Notes: generated by a model from the letters alone, not told the origin. Shown: positions 48,560 to 59,097, counted from the stretch's first letter. The stretch is DNA of 64,000 nt from Patescibacteria group bacterium (GCA_035291665.1 DATDRP010000003.1:212549-276548); one strand, 5' to 3'. Numbers and translations: made by a program.

Positions 48560-50425
48560 TTAATTTAGTCCAAACTCCCACAGCTTTTCGGGGGTCATTA
48601 CCAAAACCTTATCATCGACAACCAAGATAGCATTTGCATCGGAAAATACATCGCTTTCGTAATATTTTTGATAATTCCCCTCTTTGTCAAATACGACAAT
48701 TCTTTTTAGGTTGGGTACAAGAATATATAACTCATTTAGATTTTCGTCCGTATATATGCTTTTCCCATCAGCTATTTCAAACGGTACACCTTTAGGTGTA
48801 AAAGATATATCATTTCCCAGGCTGAAACGTCGTATTTTACCGCTACCTTTCAAAACCCAAATACTTCCGTCAAATGCCCATGAGACCGAGTCGCCAATAT
48901 CAGAACTTTCAGCCGTAAGCCACGCCGATCCGGACGAAAAACCCGACTCCGTACCTGCATATTTCGTAATTGATCCTTTACTTTTACTTAAGAAGTACAA
49001 GTTTGAAGCAAAGGAATACAATAACCCGTCGTCAAAATCCGCATCAACCACCCTTTTTAAGGACCCTCCGCTCTCCGAATATATACCATCATTTTTTAGT
49101 AAATATACATTTCCGAGGCTTGAAGATATTCTTTTTGAACCCTCAACAGCATCTGACCCCAAGAAACTTAACGATTTCTTACTCTCAAAAACTATCGAAA
49201 CCACTTTTTTCGATTCAGACGACAAAACATAAATTGTTCCGTCAGATATGGTTATATCGCTTCCCTTGAACCCATCCGACAGGAGTGTTAAGTCCAAATA
49301 AAGCTGGGGATTAACCATATACTCCCCCAAAACCTTACCCTGAGAATTTTTAATATTCGCAGATAATTCTGTCAGTTTTGAGTCGTCAATTCCCCGGGAG
49401 GTGAGAGATTCTGTGATACTTCTTGACTCAATAAACATGTCCCTTGCCCTATTCGGATCAAGCGCTATCAACTTCTGCGATTCATCATATAAAGAAACTG
49501 CTTTAATAAGATCTGATTCATACGAGCTTTTATATTCTGAGTCCTGCTTTTTCTTAAGACCAAAGACAACGCTTACTCCCAATAAAGTAAGAAGAATCAA
49601 ACCAAGAAAAAGCGTACTTTTCTTTCTACTCCCACCGGCGACATCTTCCTCAAAACGGGATTTTACAATTATTCTTTTTACGGGGATAAGGCCTTTTAGT
49701 CTTTCCAAAAAATTAATTTTCGGATATTCCGGTTGAGTGGCTTCTTCATCAACAACCTCTTGAGATGCGTCCTGGGTATCAAGCTCTTCAAGTGTTTTTT
49801 GAAGTTTGCCGGTAAATTCTATTACCAAAACACCTTTCTTCCCCGAACTTCCGTCATTTGAAACCATGGGGGCAAGAACTTCAAGGGCGTCTTTTAGACC
49901 ATACCCCAGCGCGTTTTTCAATTCGGAATTTTTTATCCCTGACATGAAGCCGTTTGTTGAGAGAATCAGGAAATCTTTGTCTTTTGCGTAGCCGTTTGCA
50001 GAAATCACTTTTTCGCCAAAACTGTCAAGAATTCTGACCAGATAGTTATCCCTCAGAAGGATAACTTTTGTACCGTTAGTGCAAACGGCATAAATATTAT
50101 TTCCGACTACAGAAACGGCGGCGATTTCAAAATGGAGCAGGAATTTTTCAAATTCATCATAAATTTTGACAACCGCATCCCGTAAAGCGTTAAGGGGTTC
50201 TTTATCAATATTTCCAAAATATTCCTCCTGCAGCCTCTGAAGACATTCTCTTCCCAACTTGGCGCTTTCTATATCAATATTGTCCTTGCTGGCGCTGAAA
50301 AGAACATGAATTTTTCCCCTTTTAATCTGCTTTTCAGGAGTGGCAGGGAAAAAATCATACGCCTGTGTCCATCCGGAACCGTCGGGGTTACCGGTAAGCT
50401 TTACGCAGTTTGTTCCCAAATCCAT
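48560..50425 (-). CDS. membrane protein with N-terminal cytoplasmic degenerate PP2C-like domain and large extracytoplasmic beta-rich domain
   Basis: AAVSVVGNNIYAVCTNGTKVILLRDN resembles PPM motif 3-4 without the GDSR metal ligand. Single TM near residue 265. Confidence 0.4.
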   Translation of the reverse strand: MDLGTNCVKLTGNPDGSGWTQAYDFFPATPEKQIKRGKIHVLFSASKDNIDIESAKLGRECLQRLQEEYFGNIDKEPLNALRDAVVKIYDEFEKFLLHFEIAAVSVVGNNIYAVCTNGTKVILLRDNYLVRILDSFGEKVISANGYAKDKDFLILSTNGFMSGIKNSELKNALGYGLKDALEVLAPMVSNDGSSGKKGVLVIEFTGKLQKTLEELDTQDASQEVVDEEATQPEYPKINFLERLKGLIPVKRIIVKSRFEEDVAGGSRKKSTLFLGLILLTLLGVSVVFGLKKKQDSEYKSSYESDLIKAVSLYDESQKLIALDPNRARDMFIESRSITESLTSRGIDDSKLTELSANIKNSQGKVLGEYMVNPQLYLDLTLLSDGFKGSDITISDGTIYVLSSESKKVVSIVFESKKSLSFLGSDAVEGSKRISSSLGNVYLLKNDGIYSESGGSLKRVVDADFDDGLLYSFASNLYFLSKSKGSITKYAGTESGFSSGSAWLTAESSDIGDSVSWAFDGSIWVLKGSGKIRRFSLGNDISFTPKGVPFEIADGKSIYTDENLNELYILVPNLKRIVVFDKEGNYQKYYESDVFSDANAILVVDDKVLVMTPEKLWEFGLN

Positions 50426-50503
50426 TTTTTAATATTTTAAAACGAAAAAAGTTTATCAGTTAAATATTCGGTAACTTCAAATGCTAAAACCTTTAACGGT
50501 GTT

Positions 50504-50728
50504 TCACATTATTATCGAATAAATAAAAACCAAAATTGCTGTAAACAAATGAAGGGCAGCAGCAATTCTTAATGGTTTCTCAAAATTCACTTCAAGAGTT
50601 TGAGTCATAATATTAACCTGCTTCAAAACCACAAATGCAAAAACAACATACAAAGCCATACCAACAATAGCTGCAATTTTCAGGATAATAAATCCTGTTG
50701 ATTCAAGCTGCGGTATTTCAAAGGGCAT
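50504..50728 (-). CDS. small two-TM membrane protein
   Basis: 74 aa. Start overlaps the upstream gene stop. Confidence 0.3.
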   Translation of the reverse strand: MPFEIPQLESTGFIILKIAAIVGMALYVVFAFVVLKQVNIMTQTLEVNFEKPLRIAAALHLFTAILVFIYSIIM

Positions 50729-51501
50729 TATCTTACCCTCCCTTCCAATTTTTCTACTTCTTCCTCAATACGAAGCTCTCTCAGAACTTTAGCAACTTTG
50801 TCCGGAAACGGAACCGCTTCGAATTCTATCTCTGGAACTTCTGAAGCAGTCTGGACTAGAACATCGCCATAATTAAACATCGTCCTTATTCCTCCGCCAA
50901 GCTGGACTGTAACGTCCTGGATTTGGTCAATATTAGCATCTGTCATTTTTCTGTAAATTAAATTGTAAAAATCTACATCAAAAATCCGCTCATCAGTAAT
51001 TATATTTACGGAAAAAAACCAATCTAAAAATTTTTCAAACATATAAGCAAAGACTAATAAATACCATGCCATAACAGCGAAAACCTGATAACTCGCAGGG
51101 ATACTTTCAAAAGGCGGAAGGATAGTAAAGAACGACGGAGCTATTATCAAAAAGAATGATGCTATTACCCATTTAATATTTGTTATTGCATGTCTTCGTA
51201 ATATTAAAACTATTCTTTCCTGGGGATCTTTGTTAACAAAATCAGCACGCGTCGGAAAATAAATATACGACGCCAATGGATTTGAAGTGTATCCGGGCAG
51301 TTTCTCGGCAGCTTCTTTTGTAAGCGGATATTCCAAAGCGCCTGCTTTTTCGGCAACTTTATTTTTCTTGATGCCATCAAGTATTTCCGGAAGTTTCTTT
51401 TCCGATACCAAGTTGCTCTTTACTTTAGCTTCTGCATTCTCAATGCTTCCGGGCTCCGGATTTTTCGCGATGGTATCTTTTGATATAAATAAATCGGGCA
51501 T
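50728..51501 (-). CDS. membrane protein with bPH_2 (DUF304, YdbT-like) domain
   Basis: Two TM helices. C-terminal DERIFDVDFYNLIYRKMTDANIDQIQDV...GDVLVQT pattern. Confidence 0.5.
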   Translation of the reverse strand: MPDLFISKDTIAKNPEPGSIENAEAKVKSNLVSEKKLPEILDGIKKNKVAEKAGALEYPLTKEAAEKLPGYTSNPLASYIYFPTRADFVNKDPQERIVLILRRHAITNIKWVIASFFLIIAPSFFTILPPFESIPASYQVFAVMAWYLLVFAYMFEKFLDWFFSVNIITDERIFDVDFYNLIYRKMTDANIDQIQDVTVQLGGGIRTMFNYGDVLVQTASEVPEIEFEAVPFPDKVAKVLRELRIEEEVEKLEGRVR

Positions 51502-51664
51502 AACTTAGTTACTAGAGAAAAGTAAAAAGTGCATAGTCAGTTTGAGTTCAATACTTACTGGATTATAACATTTGCGAGTGTAAATGTTTAAGCGGGGGTG
51601 CTTTTATATTTTACAAACTTATTACTTTTCTCTTTTCACTTATCTCATTGTACTAAGTACTAAA

Positions 51665-53458
51665 TTACAGTTTCTCTAAATTATAAAGCGAGCTTTTTAA
51701 CCCGACATAACCGGGCGCCCGAAGATTGAAAGCTTTTTTAAATTCATCTCCGGGAATATTAATGCTTCCTTTGTTTGTCGAAAATATTACAGTTTGAGTT
51801 GATCCTGAATTGGAATAAACAACACTTATAGATGAAGCACTAGTAAATCCGCCGATCCCGGCAAGATCACTCAAGGAGTAGGGATTACCACCCCAGCAGC
51901 TGGTATCAACCGGACTTATCCTTGAAACATCTCCCCCGCCTTTATTTAAGACACTCCAGGCGTTTATTATGTCTGCAGTTTGTTCACTCGTCAGCCACGG
52001 GTTTACCTTACCGCAAGTCGCGCCTGAACGGGATTTGTACCAGCCTTTGTAAAACCAAGGGGATCCGGAAATTTTTTCATAGGCTGAATTTGGCCAATTA
52101 CCGTCTTTGGCATCTTTTATCCCTGTCCATCCCCATTGGGATATGGTAAATCCTCCCGCAGTAGATGCGTAATAAGTCTTTGCCGGAGTTCCCCCGACAG
52201 TCAAAACCCAACCTCGGGTATCGCGTACTGCCTGTGCCCATTTACCCGATTTTAGCTGTGGCTTATACACCTGACAGCTTTCGGTTGTACAAATACTTCC
52301 GGCTCCGTTATTGGTGTACGAAAGTGCGTAAGTCCTGGCGGCAACCGCCTGCGCTTTGAGAGCTTCGTACCCGCCATTATCCCCCCACTTTTCGGGGACC
52401 TCATAAATTCCAAGGAGGTAATTTTCCTCAAAAGAAACCCTTCCGATGCCGGTCACTCCGATGGTTGCCGGAACGGGATAATTTTTATTAAGTGTTGCAC
52501 CCTGAAAATAATCCGATAAAATTTGTTCTGCCGATTGACCTGATTTTGATCTTCCGTACGCGCCGTATTGGCTCATGCCTGTTCTATGGGGCGCACCAAA
52601 TGAAAACGCAGCAAACGCCGGGCGGTATCCGGGGTCGCAAAAATTTGCAGAGCCGGGCGGACCGGAACAGGGTTCAAGCGTTTCAGGAGTATCTCCGACC
52701 GAGGTTTGGAAGCCTCCCTCCTTTTGGGCAATCAGGGCTTGCTGTTTGGAAGACAGAGTAGCCAAATAGCTTTCTGTTTTTTCAACCTCCACTGATAGGA
52801 ATGCTGCTCTTTCTGAAACGTTTTTCTTAACAGATGCAAGCAATGTCTGGTTTTTTTCCAGACTTTCCTTATCGCTTTTCAGTTTTACCAGATCTGCCGC
52901 ATATTTCTCCATCGTTTTTATGTCCTCACCCGTTGCTTTTTTACGAAGATTAATTTCTCTGAAGGCGTTGCTGGCATTGGCGGCAGTAATAAAAGCCTGA
53001 AATTCATCGTAAAAGCGGATAAAAATATAGTGATTTTTTGTTTTTTCTTCGAATATTCTTTGCGCGTACGCAAGATCGCCTTCCCGCTCTTTAATGTTTT
53101 GTTCTGTAACTTTCAACTGCGCTGAAAGAGCTGCAATCTTTTTTTCTAAAGAAGATATCTGGATTCTTAAATCAGCCAACTCTTGTTTGTTATATTCGTG
53201 GGCGGGTTTAAGAGCGTCGATCTCTTTCTGAAGTTTGTCCAAACAAAAATCAATATCACCTATACTTGGAGCATCGCAGTTCGGTTCGGCAGTCACATAC
53301 CGAAGCTTTGCTCCCAGAAGGAAAAAGGGGGAGATAATAATTAAGAAGGTTACCAGCAAAAATAATTTACTCCCAAGTGGAGGTTGGGGCTTTCCGGAAA
53401 TCATAGTAAAATAATATTTATCCATGAAATACTTCATTAAAATTATATCAGGAGTCAT
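51665..53458 (-). CDS. SpoIID/LytB-domain protein with N-terminal signal anchor and coiled coil
   Basis: GMSQYGAYG motif plus Trp/Gly-rich C-terminal half. The start may be the internal Met near 53404, as it overlaps the divergent gene. Confidence 0.55.
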   Translation of the reverse strand: MTPDIILMKYFMDKYYFTMISGKPQPPLGSKLFLLVTFLIIISPFFLLGAKLRYVTAEPNCDAPSIGDIDFCLDKLQKEIDALKPAHEYNKQELADLRIQISSLEKKIAALSAQLKVTEQNIKEREGDLAYAQRIFEEKTKNHYIFIRFYDEFQAFITAANASNAFREINLRKKATGEDIKTMEKYAADLVKLKSDKESLEKNQTLLASVKKNVSERAAFLSVEVEKTESYLATLSSKQQALIAQKEGGFQTSVGDTPETLEPCSGPPGSANFCDPGYRPAFAAFSFGAPHRTGMSQYGAYGRSKSGQSAEQILSDYFQGATLNKNYPVPATIGVTGIGRVSFEENYLLGIYEVPEKWGDNGGYEALKAQAVAARTYALSYTNNGAGSICTTESCQVYKPQLKSGKWAQAVRDTRGWVLTVGGTPAKTYYASTAGGFTISQWGWTGIKDAKDGNWPNSAYEKISGSPWFYKGWYKSRSGATCGKVNPWLTSEQTADIINAWSVLNKGGGDVSRISPVDTSCWGGNPYSLSDLAGIGGFTSASSISVVYSNSGSTQTVIFSTNKGSINIPGDEFKKAFNLRAPGYVGLKSSLYNLEKL

Positions 53459-55100
53459 AAAGACAAAGCTATTTAAAATTTTACTTCCTATCTTTATAAG
53501 CGGATTTTATATTTTCCTGAACCCGAAGATTCTTGATGCACAAACCAGCTTTTCCTACACATCGTTTACCCACAGGTCTCAGTTGAATACCGATCAAATA
53601 AACGCCTGTGTTACAAATGACCATGCCTATTTTACTGCACAGGGAATTTCCAGCGGGAGGTATATTTACGTACTTTTCCGACAAACCGGAGGAGATTATT
53701 ATCCAATCCTTCCTGATTTTACTATTAACACTAACGGTTCCGATTATACTTGGGACCAAAGATTTGATTTTATAACCGCAGGTTTTCCTCAGGGGTTATG
53801 CGCAACGGCTTCTGCATACGATGTCCCGACCGGCACCTACCAAGTACGGCTATATGACTATACAAGCTGGTTCAATTTCATAAATAGCGGCACTCCGACA
53901 ACCAATTATGGCGTAAGCAGTTCCTACGGTGGAATCTTGTACATTTCAACTCCCACCCTCCCAACCGCAGTACCGACAGCGGGTCCGACCGCCACACCGC
54001 CTCCATCATGTTCTTTGGCATATTGCTCCCAAGACACAGCAAGATGTACAGAGTCAATATGTGTAGGGTGTCCTTTTTGCGGATGTCCTGATAATCTGTT
54101 ATCGTCCAATGAAGAAAAATTTGCTTTCTGTTCGAGTGCATCAGTGGTTCCCCCAAGCGGACCGGGAAATACCAGTTTCACCTTTGAAGGAAGAAATTGT
54201 GTAAATATCGGAAGCGCTTCATATTACCGGATGAGTATCTATGATGGTAACGGTTTAATAAACTCTTCAACCCCCCAGATTTATGCCGTTGATGCCGATT
54301 CTGACGGGCAAATGGATGATGTTCGGGCTTCAATAGCTCTTGCAACTTTTCAGAATCCGGGAACTTTCTATGCAAAATTGTTTGCTCCCTACACAGACAT
54401 TTCCGGAAATCCGTTTGTTGGTGCCCAGTGTGCTCCTTTCGGGGTAACCAGCCCTGTTGCGTCCTCCACCTGCTGTAACATTGATCCTTCATCTAATCCT
54501 GCAGCCTTTTGCGGTCCTCCTTTGGGATGTACCAATGTCGGATCAAACGATCCCAGTCTTTGTCCCGCATCCTGTCCGCCGGAACGTTTTTACTGCACAA
54601 GCGAAGTCTGGGTTTGTATGAATCGTAACGCCTGTAGCGGATTTTTTACAGGTAATGCGGGAACATGTCGTTTTGCAAGATGTCCGGAAAATATGGTTTT
54701 TGATGGGTTTAACCCTCCGACGAATAACGATTGTCCGGTATTGTTTGCCTGCTGTACTGATCCGCAACCTGCAATAACAAGAGCGCTTCTTAATACCGGC
54801 TGTACGACAACAGACGGTCAGCAAGGTATAAATACGGCTGTTGGTTGTATCGCAACCACAACTAATATTCAATTCTTAACTTTTGTACTTCCTTGGGCAT
54901 TGGGTGTTGCAGGCGGAACTTCATTCATTTTATTTATTGTATCAGCAGTTATGTTTTCAACGTCCGCGGGAGATCCCCAAAGAATTAAATCCGCAAAACA
55001 ACTCTTCTGGTCAGCGTTAACCGGACTTATAATGATCATTTTTTCCGTTTATTTACTTAATTTGATAGGTCTTCAGATTCTCCGACTCCCGGGAATATAA
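53424..55100 (+). CDS. large Cys-rich secreted protein with C-terminal TrbC/VirB2-type (T4SS) pilin domain
   Basis: Signal peptide, about 40 Cys, YQVRLY module. C-terminus ...FVLPWALGVAGGTSFILFIV-SAGDPQRIKSAK-...TM2 is homologous to the small pilins downstream. Confidence 0.6.
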   Translation: MKYFIKIISGVIKTKLFKILLPIFISGFYIFLNPKILDAQTSFSYTSFTHRSQLNTDQINACVTNDHAYFTAQGISSGRYIYVLFRQTGGDYYPILPDFTINTNGSDYTWDQRFDFITAGFPQGLCATASAYDVPTGTYQVRLYDYTSWFNFINSGTPTTNYGVSSSYGGILYISTPTLPTAVPTAGPTATPPPSCSLAYCSQDTARCTESICVGCPFCGCPDNLLSSNEEKFAFCSSASVVPPSGPGNTSFTFEGRNCVNIGSASYYRMSIYDGNGLINSSTPQIYAVDADSDGQMDDVRASIALATFQNPGTFYAKLFAPYTDISGNPFVGAQCAPFGVTSPVASSTCCNIDPSSNPAAFCGPPLGCTNVGSNDPSLCPASCPPERFYCTSEVWVCMNRNACSGFFTGNAGTCRFARCPENMVFDGFNPPTNNDCPVLFACCTDPQPAITRALLNTGCTTTDGQQGINTAVGCIATTTNIQFLTFVLPWALGVAGGTSFILFIVSAVMFSTSAGDPQRIKSAKQLFWSALTGLIMIIFSVYLLNLIGLQILRLPGI

Positions 55101-55148
55101 TTGGCCTGAAATATTCTTGGATGCTGATATAAGATATAATAAATTGAC

Positions 55149-56588
55149 ATGAAAGCGATTGTAAAAAATCTTCTATTTTTAGCTTTGACAATATTTTTTT
55201 TTATCGCTTCGGATGAACTTACAATTGCGCAGGAATACGGGACTTACAGTTGTACCTATATTCCGACAAGTCCTTCCTGTTCCGGCAACCCAGCCAGTTG
55301 TACAACCTATGGCTGCCGATTCCCAACGGATGACAGTACGGCTGGTTGCGGCCAATTTAACGGCGATGCCGTGCAGTGTTCTTCATCCACTTTCGCCTGC
55401 GACTTCTGTCCGATTATGACTCATTCCCCGATGCAAATAAGTGATTGTTCCCAGGGAGTAAGGTTTCAGGCATTGCTTCTTAATGACACCATGTCCTATA
55501 CCATTAGGCTTTACAATCTTGGCAACGGCCGTTTATACGATGTACCCCAAGCGTCAATTGTGTCTCAATCTTCATATGACCAAACTTTATATTTTGATGT
55601 AACCGATATTAATGACGAAAACCTTGTGCTTTGTAATAATTCTCAAACCAGTGCAAGAATCCCGTCGGGTTTCTACCAAGTTAGGTTGTATACACAGGGG
55701 ACTTCTTATTACCGCGTCAGTAATGCCGGAAGTCTTTACTTTGTCCAACCTGTAATCACACCCCAACCCGGGACCTGTTCCTGTAACCAAAACGGTACAG
55801 CGTGTACGGTAAATTCAAGCCCCACCTGCAACTCAGGCTACTTACCCTCCTGCTTCTATGGGGGAACATTTTGCGGATGTAATTGTGTTACCCCCACTCC
55901 GGGGGGATCAGGGCTTCCCTGTCCTGTAACAACGCCCGGCATCCAATGCTGCGCTTCTTCATCCGCCTGTTCCTCTCCCGCCGGTACGGTGTTAACTCAG
56001 TATTCATGTGCGACCGGTGTCTGCTGCCAGGGTGCATGTACGGCAGTTGCTCCGACTGTCGCCATTCCTCCCGAATTCGCCGCATGCGATACGACCTGTT
56101 CAGCAAATCCGGAACCATACACGATAGGAAATTGTTCCCGAACCGGAGGTAATCCGGACACTTCAAAATGCCAGCGTCCGGTTTCAAATCCGGGATATGA
56201 CTGTAATATCAACGGGGTAACCTATGACTGCTTTTGCTGTTCGGAGCTTCTTTCGTCATCTACTGCAGCACTCACCCCAAGACCATCTCTTCCTGCCACT
56301 TGTGCTAACAACGGAATAGATACTGCAATCGGATGTTTGCCTGTGGGGAACCGCCAGCTATTCTTGCAATTTATTCTTCGCTGGGCACTGGGAATCTCGG
56401 GTGGAACTGCTCTTGTCATGATTGCCTATTCCGGAATTTTAATCATGACAGCACAGGGCGATAAGCAAAGACTTCAAACCGGCAAGGAATTTTTGACAGC
56501 ATCGGTGGCAGGCATAATGATGATTATTTTTTCGGCGTATTTATTGCAGCTTATCGGTGTAACCATATTCCGGCTGCCAGGAATATAA
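55149..56588 (+). CDS. large Cys-rich secreted protein with C-terminal TrbC/VirB2-type pilin domain (paralog)
   Basis: Same architecture. C-terminal 85 aa nearly collinear with the previous gene (…ILRWALGISGGTALVMIAYSGILIMTAQGDKQR…RLPGI). Confidence 0.6.
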   Translation: MKAIVKNLLFLALTIFFFIASDELTIAQEYGTYSCTYIPTSPSCSGNPASCTTYGCRFPTDDSTAGCGQFNGDAVQCSSSTFACDFCPIMTHSPMQISDCSQGVRFQALLLNDTMSYTIRLYNLGNGRLYDVPQASIVSQSSYDQTLYFDVTDINDENLVLCNNSQTSARIPSGFYQVRLYTQGTSYYRVSNAGSLYFVQPVITPQPGTCSCNQNGTACTVNSSPTCNSGYLPSCFYGGTFCGCNCVTPTPGGSGLPCPVTTPGIQCCASSSACSSPAGTVLTQYSCATGVCCQGACTAVAPTVAIPPEFAACDTTCSANPEPYTIGNCSRTGGNPDTSKCQRPVSNPGYDCNINGVTYDCFCCSELLSSSTAALTPRPSLPATCANNGIDTAIGCLPVGNRQLFLQFILRWALGISGGTALVMIAYSGILIMTAQGDKQRLQTGKEFLTASVAGIMMIIFSAYLLQLIGVTIFRLPGI

Positions 56589-56632
56589 GTAAGCCGTTTA
56601 TATCCTGCCATAAAAAATATAGAATAATAACA

Positions 56633-57211
56633 ATGAAGAAAAGTCTATTTACACTCTTACTCATCGCCTTCGTGGGTTACTTCATGATCCTTAAACCTGA
56701 TATTGCCAGCGCTCAGGGGTACGGTACCTGCACCTGGAACGGTCCGGAATTCGGCGGCTACTGTCAAGTGGGCTCGGTAAATTGCGATCCTAACTGTTTC
56801 GCACCGGCAAGTGCATGCGTCGGAATCCAGTTCAGTTCCTGTCCCGGCGCAACATTCGTCTGCGGCAACTGCTTTGTCCCACCAACAAGCGCACCGCCGC
56901 CTCCCAGCAACCTGGACTTTAATAGCTTGTATAGCGCAATTGGTTTTCGATTCGGCGGTTCAACGGTTGGCAACATTATCAGTGTTGCCAACACATATCT
57001 CTTTCCGATTGCTGGCTTAATACTTCTTTTATATCTGATATACGGAGGGTTAAATTTAATGCTGTCTGGCGGAGATCCGAAAAAAGCGGCTGCAGCAAAA
57101 TCAATTATCTCAACTGCAATTATGGGAATAATTATTATCTTTGCAGCTTACTGGATTGTTCAGTTGGTTGGAAGAATACTTGGTCTTACACAAATTTCAC
57201 TTACTTTTTAA
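56633..57211 (+). CDS. Cys-containing TrbC/VirB2-type pilin-like protein
   Basis: Signal peptide, 12 Cys in a short N-domain, then TM1-GGLNLMLSGGDPKKAAAAKS-TM2. Confidence 0.6.
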   Translation: MKKSLFTLLLIAFVGYFMILKPDIASAQGYGTCTWNGPEFGGYCQVGSVNCDPNCFAPASACVGIQFSSCPGATFVCGNCFVPPTSAPPPPSNLDFNSLYSAIGFRFGGSTVGNIISVANTYLFPIAGLILLLYLIYGGLNLMLSGGDPKKAAAAKSIISTAIMGIIIIFAAYWIVQLVGRILGLTQISLTF

Positions 57212-57214
57212 ATT

Positions 57215-57541
57215 ATGAATAAACTTGCACTTGTTGATATCGGAAGCGTTTTTGGAAGCCCGTTCGGAAGAGACAGGGGTTTTGCCGATTTTGTGTCGGT
57301 TGTTCTTTTTAATGTTATTGCATTGGCATCCGTACTTTTATTGATATTAATAATTTACGGTTCAATTACAATCATAGCCGGAGCCGGGAGCGGCAATAAA
57401 GAAGATGTTGGTAAAGGAAGGAAAGCTGTCACTTCAGCGCTCGTCGGCTTTTTGATTATTTTCGTTTCTTATTGGATAATATATTTATTGCAAAGAATTT
57501 TGGGTTTTAATATATTGCAGCCTTTTCAACCGCTACCATGA
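57215..57541 (+). CDS. TrbC/VirB2-type (T4SS) pilin-like protein
   Basis: TM1-loop(AGAGSGNKEDVGKGRKA)-TM2. 4-nt gap from the previous gene. Confidence 0.6.
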   Translation: MNKLALVDIGSVFGSPFGRDRGFADFVSVVLFNVIALASVLLLILIIYGSITIIAGAGSGNKEDVGKGRKAVTSALVGFLIIFVSYWIIYLLQRILGFNILQPFQPLP

Positions 57542-57894
57542 ATAACCTGCTCGCTCAGTTCGGAAGAGTTAACCCCCCGCCGGGAGTAAGCTCTTGGATT
57601 GCAAATGCCGGTGGAAATTCGGAAACGGGGTTGCAGCGTTTTGTTTCAGCAATTATCCAAACATTAATTGCCGGCGCCGGAATATACGCTCTTATCAATC
57701 TGGTAATGGCCGGATATTCTTTTATGTCTGCCGGCGGTAATCCGGAAAAAATTGCACAATCCTGGGGAAAAATCTGGCAGACACTCCTTGGACTTCTGGT
57801 TGCTGCAGGGGCGTTTGTTCTTGCCGGAGTATTCGGCCAGATTATATTCGGTAATCCCCGCGCGCTAATACAAATACAAATTTTTACACCGTAA
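57538..57894 (+). CDS. TrbC/VirB2-type pilin-like protein
   Basis: TM1-SAGGNPEKIAQSW-TM2. Overlaps the previous stop. Confidence 0.6.
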   Translation: MNNLLAQFGRVNPPPGVSSWIANAGGNSETGLQRFVSAIIQTLIAGAGIYALINLVMAGYSFMSAGGNPEKIAQSWGKIWQTLLGLLVAAGAFVLAGVFGQIIFGNPRALIQIQIFTP

Positions 57895-58260
57895 ATGAAA
57901 AACATACTTGCTCAAAATCCGCGAAATATTGGAGGAGAGATAAACGGTCTGGGTTCATACGGAACACCGGGGAACTCATCACCCGGACTGTTTGCAACCA
58001 TTCTCTCCCGAATAATCGGGCTTTTAACGATCGTTGCCGGAATATTTTTTATTTTTCTTCTTATTTCGGGGGGCATCGCCTGGATGTCGGCAGGAGGAGA
58101 TAAGGGAAAACTGGCGAGTGCCAGAACCAGCATGGTTAACGGAGCCGTTGGACTTGCTGTTGTTGTTGCCGGAATCTTTATCGTCCAAATCATTGGAAAC
58201 ATTATCGGAGTCGGAAATTTTCTTGATCCGGTTAACTTAATACAAAGGATAACCCCCTAA
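57895..58260 (+). CDS. TrbC/VirB2-type pilin-like protein
   Basis: TM1-GGIAWMSAGGDKGKLASAR-TM2. Confidence 0.6.
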   Translation: MKNILAQNPRNIGGEINGLGSYGTPGNSSPGLFATILSRIIGLLTIVAGIFFIFLLISGGIAWMSAGGDKGKLASARTSMVNGAVGLAVVVAGIFIVQIIGNIIGVGNFLDPVNLIQRITP

Positions 58261-58303
58261 CCCCACCCCTTGACAAGAATTTTGCATGGCCGGATAATAT
58301 TAA

Positions 58304-58642
58304 TTGGATATGAGAAATTTATTGGCTCAAGGTTATGTGGTTAATTTGGATCCTCCCAACCAATTTCAAAATCTTGAAAATATTGATTTTGGATCACTCG
58401 TAACCATCGCGATTGCGTTTGTCATGATCGTTGCCGCCATTGCATTCTTCTTTATCCTGATCTTGGGTGGAATCAAATGGATCACCTCCGGTGGGGATAA
58501 AGGTAGAACTGAAGCTGCCCGCAGTCAGATTACAGCTGCACTTATTGGTCTTGTAATCGTATTTGCTTCCTGGGCAATCCTAAATATTGTGGAAAACTTC
58601 TTCCAGGTTAATTTGAGAAGCTTTAATCTCAACCTGTTTTAA
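58304..58642 (+). CDS. TrbC/VirB2-type pilin-like protein
   Basis: TM1-GGIKWITSGGDKGRTEAARSQ-TM2. Confidence 0.65.
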   Translation: MDMRNLLAQGYVVNLDPPNQFQNLENIDFGSLVTIAIAFVMIVAAIAFFFILILGGIKWITSGGDKGRTEAARSQITAALIGLVIVFASWAILNIVENFFQVNLRSFNLNLF

Positions 58643-58714
58643 ATCTTAAAAAGCATAAATTACTTTGAGATTTTTAGAACTTATTTCTAAAAACCGAAAG
58701 GGGGTGGAAAAAAG

Positions 58715-59041
58715 ATGAATCTATTAGCACAAGACACAGTCGTACTTAATGCTCCGGCAGGTTTTGAAAACCTTGAAAACATTTCGTTCGGAGGATTAGT
58801 GGGACTTGCTATTTCGTTCGTTCTGATTATTGCCGCAATCGCTTTCTTCTTTATGTTGGTCCTAGGTGGAATCAAGTGGATTACCTCAGGAGGAGACAAG
58901 GGAAAGACAGAAGCAGCCAGAAACCAGATTACAGCCGGATTGGTTGGTTTGGTTATCGTCTTTGCTGCGTGGGCAATATTGACTCTAATTGAAAGCTTCT
59001 TTGGTGTAAGTTTGAGGACATTTACAATTCCTGGAACTTAA
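58715..59041 (+). CDS. TrbC/VirB2-type pilin-like protein (close paralog of 58304)
   Basis: TM1-GGIKWITSGGDKGKTEAARNQ-TM2. Confidence 0.65.
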   Translation: MNLLAQDTVVLNAPAGFENLENISFGGLVGLAISFVLIIAAIAFFFMLVLGGIKWITSGGDKGKTEAARNQITAGLVGLVIVFAAWAILTLIESFFGVSLRTFTIPGT

Positions 59042-59067
59042 AGAAACATGCAAGGAAGAATCAATTA

Positions 59068-59097
59068 AAAAGCGGTCTTTTGTAAGGCCGCTTTTTA
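59068..59097 (+). terminator. rho-independent terminator
   Basis: AAGCGGTC-ttttgtaa-GGCCGCTT followed by TTTTTATT. Confidence 0.55.

Noticed and set aside
53481-54872. Several 85-109-aa minus-strand ORFs (53481-53759, 53878-54181, 54178-54492, 54543-54872)
   Set aside because: Embedded antisense in the Cys-rich 53424-55100 gene. The GC-rich codon usage of that gene leaves few stops on the opposite strand.
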